From assembly GCA_020184695.1 (NCBI GenBank), contig JAANOX010000071.1, positions 118,313 to 182,312 on the forward strand: a DNA stretch of 64,000 nucleotides, in the 5' to 3' direction. Of this stretch, positions 53,815-64,000 are shown piece by piece. The stretch comes from Histomonas meleagridis 2922-C6/04-290x (Eukaryota; Protista; Parabasalia). Under the pieces are notes generated by a model that saw nothing but the letters and a program-made list of their open reading frames with translations, did not search any database and was not told the DNA's origin. Each line of letters starts with the position of its first letter. Positions within the stretch are counted from its first letter, which is position 1. A program made the position numbers and the translations under genes.

Positions 53815-55674
53815 ATGGTTTTACTGGAAGATGTGCTTCTTCCAAGCGCGATAGTTCATGCAAAAGAAATCATAATTGTTCAAGATCTTATGATGTCTAT
53901 TTCTGAAGACAAAGTTCAAGAAGCAAAAAATACAATATTAAATCTTTCTTTAATTCATACTTCTGATGGGATATTATCACTTTCAAATAATGCCTATTTT
54001 GCTGTACTATACCGTCCAAATTTAATACATCCACTTTCAAAATTAATTATTAGTTTATGTAATAGTTCAAATGATGAAAACAAGTTATCAGAACTAAAAG
54101 AAAAGTTCCTTGATCTACCACAAAAAATTCTAGAACAAAAATGGAAAATAGCTCTTCTCCATTCGCTTTATTATCATGGATTATATTCCGATGATGAACT
54201 TTTTGAAGTCTTAAATAACTTTTTAGAAAAGCATCCAATTATTTCCAACTTACCTTTTTGGAAGAATGGATGTCGACAACAATATTTAATCTTTATTTGG
54301 TTTGCACCACTTCTTTTTAAGAAATCACCGAAAGTTTTTGATAACATTTTTAATCACTTAAAAGAAAGTGTTTCTAAAAGAGATTTAACTGATAACTATA
54401 ATAACTATTTAGAACTATTTCCAAAGCTTATGGAAAATGATTGGGAAATTTATAAAGAATGGTCACATGATTTATATTTGAAAGATTCACTTGCATATAT
54501 TATAAAGAATGATGATGTTGAAGAACTCAAAAAAATTCCAAGCTTGAGTCCAAATGATCGAATTCTTCCGACTGTATTTGAGTTTTCTTTATTTTTAAGT
54601 CGGAAACCAAATCTGTTCCATTTTTCGGCATTTTATGGATCGGAGAAATGTTTTAATTATTTGGTTACATTAGGCGGCGATATGAAAGCACAAGATTATG
54701 GAAAACGAAACTTAATACATTTTGCTTTATTCGGTGGAAACATGAACATAATTCAAAGGTCAGTTAAAGAAATATCGAATTATGATCTTGTTACTCGACT
54801 TGCTGCCGAATTCCATCGTTTTGATTTATTTAAATTGTTTTGTGAGACGAATAAAACTGACATTAAATCAAACGACTTAGAGAACGGCTCAATTTTTCAT
54901 GGAATTGCTGCTTCGAATCATATCAAAATGATTTTGTATTGTATCGAACAAAATTGTGACGTTAATTTAAGAGATGGTTTTTGTATTAATGTTTTGATGT
55001 TTTTTATATGTTTTCGGCGTTTAGTTTTACGTTTTTGGGCTCCACTTAATTGTGCTATTGATTATTGTGCTCTTGATGCTATTCATGTTTTACTTGCTCA
55101 TAAAGATATTGATGTTAATATGCAAGATGAATATGAATGATTTTATTCTTTTGGAGTTTTTTGATGATTTTTATTTCGCCGTTGATTAGAGCGACTATTA
55201 ATGGAAATGCTGATGTCGTAGAGATACTTTTAAAGCATCCAAAAATTGAGATCAATGCTTATGGAGTTTCTTCCAAATTTCATTTAGTTTATTCATAATA
55301 ATTTATAATATTAATTCATTTCATTTCAAACTGCGCTTCATCGTGCTGTTCAATCAAATGCAATCGATGTTATTAAAGTTTTGTTATCAGTGAAAGAAAT
55401 TGACGTGAATTTGGTCGACGTTATTTTTATGATTTTTCATGTTCATTTGTTTTGTTTCAAGTTTCTTGCGTTTTTTGAATGTTTTAATATCAATTTTCGG
55501 ACTCCTTTACATTTCGCTGTGCAAAATCGTTCTAAAGAAGCTGTTAATTTGCTTTTATCAAATCCAAATATCGATAAATCTGTCGTTGATATTAATTTAA
55601 TAATTTTGATGTTTATATATTTTTTATGGTGTTCATTTTATGTTTTTCTTCTTCAATCAATTCTTAATGAATAA
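53815..55674 (+). CDS. Divergent DUF3447-type ankyrin protein with insert-interrupted C-terminal repeats
   Basis: IIKNDDVEELK...FSAFYGSEKCFNYL; intact modules APLNCA, SPLIRA, TALHRA and TPLHFA continue past the ORF stop, separated by AT-rich inserts. Confidence 0.75.
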
Positions 55675-56231
55675 ACAAATTAACACAAAAAAAATTTTCC
55701 TATATTTTAATTGGTTCTTAAAATATATTCGACTGTGCAAATAATTATAATTATGTTTGAAACATTTTAAAATTAATTTATTTATTAAATGTTTAAACAA
55801 ATAGTTATTTAGAATTTTCTTAATAAATTTTGCAACATGATTCATGTTAGTTTTTTTAGTGCACTGGTTTCCATAAAAAAATAACCATTATTGAAGGTTG
55901 TGATTAAAAAAAGTTTAATTACACAATTTGCGAAAATATTCTATTTGATGATATATGTCTCCATTAAATTTATTACAATATTGTAATAACTGTTATGAAA
56001 GATAATTTGATTGTTTCTTTATACTGAGTAAAGGCACATAATAGAGAAAACAAACCAATGTTTATATAATATATTTGGAAATTGTATACATATGAATTAT
56101 TTTTTTAAAATTTAAAAAATAAATTTAAGAATGAAAAAATTGCTATTACACATGAGAAGAGTTCAAAATTTATAGGTTTCTTTTGGAAATTTCTATTTTT
56201 AATGAAACAGAATAAAAATTTAACAGAAATT

Positions 56232-56894
56232 TTACAAAAGTTGATAAAATGTTTGTCCATTTTCTTCAAAAGAGCTCATCCTATTTAGGGAAATTAGTGC
56301 TCTAGTAAATGCATTTAATCGACTGCTTGTGAGTGGGACGGTTTCTGCTAAATCATCTGATGATATTTTCATTATTCCATTTTCTATTATCTTTTGATAG
56401 TGTTTATTCATTTCCTCAATCTTGATTAAAAGTGGTATAATGGAAGGAAGAGATTGAAATTCAGAAGCAGTAATTTCACGAAACATGGGTTCATTCGGTT
56501 TTGTATTCCGGATTGGTGTTGATTTTTTAATTGGCATTGGAGATGAAATTGGTGTAACTTGTTTTTCTACTTGCGAATTCCGAGGATATGTTATTTCATT
56601 GTTAGGAGCGAGTGAAATAGGCATTCCGCATAAGACTCCATATTTTTTCAATTCGTCAAGGGCATATCGAGTATTGGAAACAATATCGCCTAAGCCATCG
56701 AGACTATTTATTATTGATGTCATTTTTGAAATTTCTTGAAAATGTTCATCAATGCTTTGATTTAATGTGTCCATAAAATTTTCTTCATCACTTTGGCATT
56801 TTTCCCATCGCTTAGTTTCAGAGATTTCAGAAATTAACTTAAGGCCTTGATCAATGTAGATAGCTAGTTCTTTTAACTGCGCAAAGGTTTCCAT
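56232..56894 (-). CDS. Ska1/Ska3-like kinetochore protein (tentative)
   Basis: N-terminal coiled coil, Pro/Ser linker, FREITASEFQSLPSII...EEMN...LISLNRM winged-helix-like C-terminus. Confidence 0.5.
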   Translation of the reverse strand: METFAQLKELAIYIDQGLKLISEISETKRWEKCQSDEENFMDTLNQSIDEHFQEISKMTSIINSLDGLGDIVSNTRYALDELKKYGVLCGMPISLAPNNEITYPRNSQVEKQVTPISSPMPIKKSTPIRNTKPNEPMFREITASEFQSLPSIIPLLIKIEEMNKHYQKIIENGIMKISSDDLAETVPLTSSRLNAFTRALISLNRMSSFEENGQTFYQLL

Positions 56895-57419
56895 TTATAT
56901 TTATAAACGTACATTAGCACCCAAAATTAAATTTATCTTTTTCCGAAAAAATTCCTTAAAGGTCTCATCAAATACCAGAGTTTTACCTGTGATCAGTAAA
57001 TTCAACAAATATTAATTTGCATGGTGCTCATAAATATCAATTGTATTAATCAATTTTCTCAAAATTCATTAAAAGAATTGGTATTTTGTCATAACATTCC
57101 AAACTATTCGTTTTTTAATTAAAGTGTATATATTGGATTCTCTGATAAATTTTATTTAATTTGATTTTTTGTCATTTCTTTATTTCTATTTTATTTCACT
57201 TAAGCATAGAAAGCAGTTGGCTTTTAAAGAAGATCTCATTTTTTTGATGTTATATTAGTAATAAGCTCGTTCTTGTAGTAAACATTATATTTGTTGTAAT
57301 GATTACATAAATTCATCAAAAAAAATTTGAGGAAATAGAAAATGAAGGCATTTATTATAGCTGTTGCTATGATTACATGAAGGAATCAAAAATGTTCATG
57401 AGGCAGAAGAAATAAAAAT

Positions 57420-57660
57420 TGTATGTTGCCTAAGGATATTAAAGATACATTTGTAACTCTTGTAACAATTATTGTCATATAACCTTCCGTGTGCTTTTTG
57501 ACCTCAAAGCAGATGAGAAATTGCCAAATCAAACCCTTATGACATACAAGTTGCCCAGTAAAAGTGTGAAGCTATTGCAGTAAGTTCTTTTTCTGTTTTG
57601 ACATCCCAGAAACAAGAAATAAGAGATTTCATCATTGATTCATAATTGAAAGCAGAGAAA
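57420..57660 (+). pseudogene. Degenerate inverted duplicate of the neighbouring Rho-like gene
   Basis: LKADEKLPNQ...DIQVAQ*KCEAIAVSSFSVLTSQKQEIRDFIIDS* vs LRSDEKLPNQ...DIEAAMQKSEAISARSFSIVTTQMQEIRDFIIES. Confidence 0.8.
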
Positions 57661-58065
57661 AAGGACCGTAATAAAACAAGATAAAGTATTAATGATGAAA
57701 AAGAGAACTATGATGATTTTGTTGTTAGAAAAAATCCTTATGATTAGTTATAAGAATAATATCTCTATTAGCTATAATTATTATTCTTGTTCTTATTGTA
57801 ATTTTTGTGACTTTTGCTATAATTACACGAAAAAATCCACGATGAAAATGAAGCACAAGAAATAAATAATTATGATGAGAAAAGACTTTGCATAATTGGG
57901 AAGACATAAATGCAAATGTTTTAAAGAGAAAATGTTTACTGCAAATATTTGAATTTTTGTTTAATAAATAAAAACAATATTAAATTAATTGGTTTGCAAT
58001 TTAGAAATACAAATTATTCACGTCAATCTATTGCCGCTCAGATTATTGTTTACTTGAATAAACAG

Positions 58066-58618
58066 TTATTTCTTCTTTCTTTTGATGCTTTCGAAGTATG
58101 ATTCAATGATAAAATCTCTGATTTCTTGCATCTGTGTAGTGACAATTGAAAACGAACGAGCTGATATAGCTTCACTCTTCTGCATCGCTGCTTCAATATC
58201 AAGATGATTCGGTGGTATCTGATTTGGCAGTTTCTCGTCTGACCGAAGACCAGCAAGAACACATGGAGACTGAGGACAAGCTAATTTAATATACGGAACA
58301 AATCTATCAATAGTAGAGTTTAAGGAGTTAATATCGTTAGCTGCATAACAGATCATTACTAAAGATTTTGCCCAATACTGTAATTCAGTAATTGGTCTTG
58401 AACACAGACGAGGATCATATGTGTCCCAGAATCCAACGCAAAGACGATTGTTGTTTATCGAGTGTTGCCATATAGAGCCATAGCCATCAACAATGGTTTC
58501 AACATTACTATACGGTATTGTTTGTTTGATGTTTCCTGCTAGATTTAATATGCTAGTTTTTCCTATTCCTTTTTTGCCTATAACAAGCAAGTTACAATGT
58601 TCTATTTTTGTTATTCAT
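58066..58618 (-). CDS. Atypical Rho-like small GTPase; ATG at 58618 with a one-base frameshift in an A-run near 58606
   Basis: GKKGIGKT P-loop, FWDT, ICYAAND, VLAGLRSD; removing one A gives MNNKIEHCNLLVIGKKG. Confidence 0.7.
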
Positions 58619-58829
58619 TTGGGAAAAGTGACATATACTCAAATTTTCTATCGTTTCCATTTTTTCTTGAAAGAACGATCACTCGGTATAAATAAAGTTA
58701 TGAAAACCAAATATTGAATAATTTACATTATGATAGTGAAATGATTGAATGATGTTCACCAAGCATAATTTCTCTAAGCAATCATTATTTATAATGTTAG
58801 AAGAACAAAAGGTTTAAAGTGTAACTAAT

Positions 58830-59189
58830 ATGGAAGAAGCAATCCGTTATCATCTTGTAAAGGGATTCAAGAATTGGAATGATGGATATAATAGGTGGTT
58901 ATAGTGGTGTAATGCGCATTACAATGTCTATGGTCACCGCTTATTATTGCAACAATATAAATATATGATGTGCCAACTTTTCCAACATTACATCATGGAA
59001 CTTGGAGCATTTGATAATATGATTATTAAAGATGATTGGACAGCTATTTGCTACAGTGTTAAAGTCAATAATCTTGATACGAAGGAAGAAATATTGCAAC
59101 ACACTATGAAATTTGTTGACTTTAAACAGAATCCAAATCCCATAGGTGTGCGCGTTGTTGAAGGTTGGGCTCTTTCAGCTAAACATTAA
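58830..59189 (+). pseudogene. SnoaL/NTF2-like small protein of probable bacterial origin with an in-frame TAG
   Basis: MEEAIRYHLVKGFKNWNDGYNRWL*WCNAHYNVYG...QYKYMM...DDWTAICYSV...VRVVEGWALS in one frame from ATG 58830. Confidence 0.6.
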
Positions 59190-59449
59190 ATAAAACACTT
59201 TAAATCAAAGATGATTTTATTTTATTATATTATTATAATATTTGTAACAATTTATTCAAATCTTAAATGATTTTCATGGATAAATAAAGATAAACTACAA
59301 TGAAGAAAAGTTTTTTTTTTTATTATTATTCATTTTGTTGTTAAAATCCAAATATTAACGAATAATGTCAATAAACATTAAAATAAATTAATATTATTAT
59401 TTATTATATATTTCGAACAGTTTTATTCTATTTTATCACATAAATATCG

Positions 59450-60463
59450 TTAATCTTTAATTTCATCTCGAATTGGATCAAAGAATGGATGCTGCAACGC
59501 TTCTGATGCTGTAATCCGTTCTTCATGATCAATCGTTAATAATCGCTTTAGTAATGAGACTGCGTCTTGATCCATTTTATGTTGTTTGATCGAATTAATC
59601 GCTTTCTGCCAGCCCGGGCCGCGATTCGGCGGCAATGACGCTGAAACTGTTTGCGGCATGTTGAGGCCGTACTTGTCGACATATTGCAACAGCGATGTCG
59701 TGCCGCAAAGTGTCGCAACTTGAATGATCATTTCATCAATGTTCCGCCCTTCATTAAGCATTTCGGCTAAGACACACCCAACGCCCCAGACGTCAATACC
59801 ATAATCATAATATTGATAATTAAGTAATAATTCAGGCGCTTTATATCGTAACGTAGAAACTCGAACTGTATATGCATGCCCTGGAAAATATAAATCTGCA
59901 AGACCCCAATCAATTAATTCTAATTGTTGATGATCACTCGAAATTAATAAATTACCTGGTTTGACATCACGATGCATAATGCCTTTTTGTGCACATGAAT
60001 CTAATGAAATAAGTAAACGATATATTAAAATTCGAATTTCTTCAAGTTTAAGTTTAGGATACAAAGAGCGTGGATTTTCACTTTTAACATAATCAGTAAT
60101 AAGAGAAATAGTAGATGTTAATGGATCTCGAACAACTGATATTAAATGAACACAATTAGGAAGTGTAGAAACTTGTTTGAGTAACCAAATTTCGCGTTGA
60201 ATTTTAACAAAAGGTACATTTTTAAGTGTTTTAATAGCACATAATCGTCCTCCATCATATCGACCTACAAATACTAATGAATATTTACCACTACCTATGG
60301 GTCCAATAACTTCAAAACGTTCAATGTTATCATACTCAATTTGATAACTACCAAAAAAATCTTCATCTGGTGATTTGTCTGAATTCGCATTTTTATAAAT
60401 TTTTGATGTCGAAATAATTCGATAAATTGGTGTTTGAAGTTTTGTTTGTCTTGTCTTGTTCAT
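59450..60463 (-). CDS. Casein kinase II alpha-like (CMGC) kinase
   Basis: GSGKYSLVF, AIKTLK, HRDVKPGN, IDWGLADLY, YTVRVSTLRYKAPELLLNYQYYDY. Confidence 0.92.
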   Translation of the reverse strand: MNKTRQTKLQTPIYRIISTSKIYKNANSDKSPDEDFFGSYQIEYDNIERFEVIGPIGSGKYSLVFVGRYDGGRLCAIKTLKNVPFVKIQREIWLLKQVSTLPNCVHLISVVRDPLTSTISLITDYVKSENPRSLYPKLKLEEIRILIYRLLISLDSCAQKGIMHRDVKPGNLLISSDHQQLELIDWGLADLYFPGHAYTVRVSTLRYKAPELLLNYQYYDYGIDVWGVGCVLAEMLNEGRNIDEMIIQVATLCGTTSLLQYVDKYGLNMPQTVSASLPPNRGPGWQKAINSIKQHKMDQDAVSLLKRLLTIDHEERITASEALQHPFFDPIRDEIKD

Positions 60464-60694
60464 TGAAGAGACGTTAAACTACACGGGGTGCCCCAAAAAC
60501 CGAAAACTTGATATTTAAAAAAAAAAAAATTAAAAAATATTTTGTTACGAAAGGTTGAGAATCATTGGTATCATAAATATTTATTAAAACTGTTTTATTA
60601 TCGATATGAATTAAAATCAGGAACAAATCCTTTTCAACAATTCGCATTGTGATTGCGAGCATGCTTTGAATCTTAAAAGGGATTAACAAAGTTT

Positions 60695-61135
60695 TCATCT
60701 TTTGCTTTTTGGGAAATTTTGAAGTGATACTTTCACAGTAGTTGTCTTTGGTTTGACAACTGTTGGTCTTGATCTTAACATTTTTGTTTGCGCTTTGCGT
60801 TGTGTTGTCATTTGATTTCGTTCGTTTCCTTCGTGTTTTTGCTTTGGTGAATATTTGGTTTGTTGATTTTCTTCTTCTTCTGTCTCTTCTTCAATTTCTT
60901 CTTCTTCCTCTTCTTCTGACTCTTCTTCTGAATATTCTTCTGATCCAAAAGCATTATAACTTTCTGCTTCTTCAAGTTCATTTGCTGATATTGGCACATC
61001 ATCATCTGGTTGACCAATTTGTAATTCAACATATTTCTTAATTTCTTTAACAAGTTCATTCCTTGGATAACGTTCTAAAATAATATTACATAAAATTATC
61101 GCTTTAGAATAATCCTTTTCTTCTAATGTTTTCAT
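60695..61135 (-). CDS. Hypothetical protein with acidic tract and basic tail
   Basis: 146-aa ATG-initiated ORF; TPR-like N-terminal helices (KAIILCNIILERYP). Confidence 0.7.
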   Translation of the reverse strand: MKTLEEKDYSKAIILCNIILERYPRNELVKEIKKYVELQIGQPDDDVPISANELEEAESYNAFGSEEYSEEESEEEEEEEIEEETEEEENQQTKYSPKQKHEGNERNQMTTQRKAQTKMLRSRPTVVKPKTTTVKVSLQNFPKSKR

Positions 61136-61401
61136 TAACTATGATTAGAATAAAATAATACGATTTGAAGTGCTTGTGGTGATTCTTTTGAACTTCCATT
61201 CATTGAACATTTTTGACTGTTGTGTGAAATTTTGTTAAACGATACAATCAAAATTAAACGGTTTCAATATTTATCATCATTATTATTATTTTAATATTTC
61301 TAATTTCGTTGATATTTTTCATGAATGTTTTATATAATATTTATTGAAAAATATATTGGTAAAGAGTAAATAAATTTTTTTTTATTTCAAAAATGTTGTT
61401 T

Positions 61402-62104
61402 TCATTCTTCTGTTGGACATATTGAATCATATATATGACATGAAACTTCTCCATTACTTATTTTTGATATTTGATAATTAAATTCATCAAATTTCCCTGG
61501 AGATATAGAAATATGAACAATTACATTTTCTGGATTATATTCTTGATGAAGAACATTCGCCATATTATAACACATATTAATAATTTTACCTAACCATTTA
61601 TTCGGTATAACAATTATACACTCTATTTGATGTTCAGAAAGACGAATGATTGTTGTTAACTTTGGAAGAAGTGATCGAACAATTCTTTCTGCACTTTTAT
61701 CAATATCATATTGTGCTTTTATCTCTTGAAGTGCACTTTCAATACGAGATACAGGATGTGGCTTTTTCGTTGTTGGCTCAATAAAGTTTTGATGAATAAA
61801 ATTAATAACTTGAAGTTTTTTTGTTTCAATCATATCTTTTTTTTCTTGTGCTGTTAATCCATATTTTCCTGTCTTCATTATTAATTCTAATAATTCTCTC
61901 CCATTAATACCAATCTTCTCTAGATCTGTTTTACTTACAATATTGCCCTTTGATGCACTTGTATAAATCTTATCATCAATAATTGCATCTTCAAAGTGAA
62001 CNTAATCCTTCACGATATTTAGATACCATTCCTGGGATAGCAATTATTTCAACTTTAACACCATTCTTTTGGAAATTAACAATTTGATATTGTGTGTTTT
62101 GCAT
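61402..62104 (-). CDS. SBDS: Ribosome maturation factor SBDS/Sdo1; the N at 62002 is a spurious insertion
   Basis: Dropping the N gives MQNTQYQIVNFQKNGVKVEIIAIPGMVSKYREGLVHFEDAII...SKG...KPHPVSRIESAL (233 aa). Confidence 0.9.
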
Positions 62105-62861
62105 TAATTTATATTTAGATTTAGTTCTTATTTAAATTCGAGTTTTTATATATACTTTTTATATAATTTATCCATCTTTTTTTACGATTTAGCTATAATC
62201 TTTTTTGAATTCATGTTTTATCACTTTTGACGTATTTTTAAATATTAAATATTATATTTGATATTGTTCTTGTTAGTTGATAAAATGTTTCTCAAATAAA
62301 AAAAAAATTATAATAAACTAAGATTTATTTCTATCTTATAAAAATTGTATAATGCAATCAACAATATGCAATTATATCCAATAAATATCGTAAAAAAGTT
62401 TACAGAAACAATTTGCTTTTTTATAGTGATTTTTTTTTTTTTATTCCATAATATAATAATTTGAAGCAATTGTTTTTATATATAATTTTTGATATCAACA
62501 TGAAACATAATCAGGCGAAATGAAAGTGTTGGATCAATCATCCTTTGTATTTTGAATGTTTGATGAAACAAGAAAAATAAACAAATCTGTTGGTGCATTA
62601 CAGTTTTTGCAGAAATTCACAAAATCAGTTAATGAAATCTTAAGATCAAATTGCAATTTTGATTTGTTCATTTATGTTTGTAAAAGCGCTATACGAAGAG
62701 TTCTCATTTGGTGTAAAAACGATGTTTTGCAGTGTCAAACAGTTTTTTGTATCAAAATCATCATTTTTATTTTAATGTCTATGTATAACGAAAGAAAATG
62801 TGAATATTTTTATATTAAATATTAAATATGATGAAAATATTTATCGTCATCAAAATCTTTC

Positions 62862-63144
62862 GCAAATGGTTTAATTGATACTAAATAGTAAATAGCATTC
62901 GTAAGAAGTTGTCGTTCATATAATGATGCACTTGCTAATGTATCACCGTTCGAATCATCGCTGTGTTTTTGTGTGGATTACCATATCTTAATTCTGAATA
63001 CCCGTCAAGTTCCCATGTAAATGATTGGGCTTCTGTAAAACTTCCATAAGTTACAACAGAAAATTCGCCTAATTCAGCCCAAACATCACTAGTTACTGCA
63101 CTTGTGTGTGTTATATTTATTGGTAAGACGCCTGACGGTACCAA
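62862..63144 (-). pseudogene. Fragment of the same bacterial-like family as 34272-36338
   Basis: LPINITHTSAVTSDVWAEL...NTAMIRT, then after a one-base shift DTLASASLYERQLLTNAIYYLGIN*, matching NTAMIQTGHS...FERKVLANTIFYL. Confidence 0.65.
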
Positions 63145-63582
63145 ATAAAAACTCAGATGATATTTTTAACTTTATAACTTCTTCTCGATATTTTAAATAA
63201 TTTTGAAGAAACATTTAAAGTTCTTCTTCTTGGAGAAATTATTCTATAATTCTCATTTTAATTTTGCTTATGCATAGACATGTATAAATACGAATAAGCA
63301 CAAACCAATTCATATTCAAAAGGCGTTGTAATCAACGTTTAATTGTACACTGTTCGATTATATTTTTGTGTTGGGAATCAACTGAACACAATGGACAAAT
63401 GAATTATGTATTCCTTTGAAATTTATTACTGAAAATGTTGACATCATCAATATAAATCCTTTTGAACTCCATCATTGAACATTTTTGACTGTTTAGTGAA
63501 ATTTTGTTAAAACGATACAATAAAAACTACAAAAATTTATACAAAATATTTTTTCTTTCTTTTTTTCACCATATCAAATTGT

Positions 63583-64000
63583 TTATTCTTTATTTTCTTG
63601 AAGATTTTGTTCAATACTTTCTTCTTGAGTATTTGAAAATGGCTGATCTTCTGCTTGAAGAGTAGCGATTGGCCTAATTTCAGTTTGATTCTGTAACGCT
63701 TTTTTCTGTAGAAAGTTATACCTAAAGCGACATTGAACATCGCTTCTGTTTCCTAGCTCTGAAGATATGCGTGTCCACGCTTTATTTCCAAATGATTTGA
63801 CTGCTTCAATTAATTTTTCTTCTTCTTCTTTCGTCCAATTGCCTTTGTTGATTTTGGATCAAGCACTCGCCTCCACCTTTGGCTACATTGCGATTAGTTC
63901 TTCCTCCTCCAACAAATGTTTGCAACTATGGTCAATTATCAGAACCATGTACCTGTATAGCAGCTCTTAACCTTTCGTCTTCTTCTTCTGTCCAAGGACT
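63583..64000 (-). pseudogene. Myb-repeat transcription factor (3' part) with a stop and several indels; runs off the window
   Basis: PWTEEEDERLRAAIQVHGSDN*, ..SQCSQRWRRVLDP.., WTKEEEEKLIEAVKSFGNKAWTRIS..RSDVQCRFRY spread over shifting frames. Confidence 0.8.

Noticed and set aside
58902-58904. Alternative genetic code (TAG or TGA as sense), suggested by in-frame stops in the SnoaL-like and Myb genes
   Set aside because: The long conserved genes contain no internal TAG/TGA, and both cases co-occur with other lesions.

Overview
AT-rich eukaryotic genomic DNA from a parabasalid protist (Trichomonas/Tritrichomonas-like; species cannot be fixed from sequence). Support: compact, essentially intron-free genes, Trichomonas-type M2/M3/M5 promoter motifs, and DUF3447-type ankyrin genes. 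Housekeeping content: RPL32, RPLP2, RPL18a, SBDS, a PP2A/PP4-family phosphatase, a UBC E2, CK2-like and SCY1-like kinases, B9D2, a CCZ1-like protein, GRAM/VASt, bromodomain, MyTH4-RhoGAP, a giant BEACH protein, a giant SPRY-HECT ligase and tRNA-Arg(TCT). There are also many decayed duplicates and two probable bacteria-derived families. Main finding: in three ankyrin genes every repeat is interrupted at the same position (between the D of DINAKD and the T of TAL/TPL) by an AT-rich insert with no usable GT-AG ends. In the 38.3-41.4 kb array, 17 stop-free 90-nt modules plus a terminal module alternate with 18 inserts of 80 nt (12), 77 nt (5) or 81 nt (1), even where insert sequences have diverged. 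The inserts usually break frame or contain stops and share an internal TTTGG(A) motif at a fixed distance from the next module. This suggests a non-canonical intron or translational-bypass system (inference; needs RNA/protein data). Caveat: several single-base homopolymer frameshifts and an inserted N indicate some assembly error, so individual pseudogene calls are tentative. All lengths were counted by hand.
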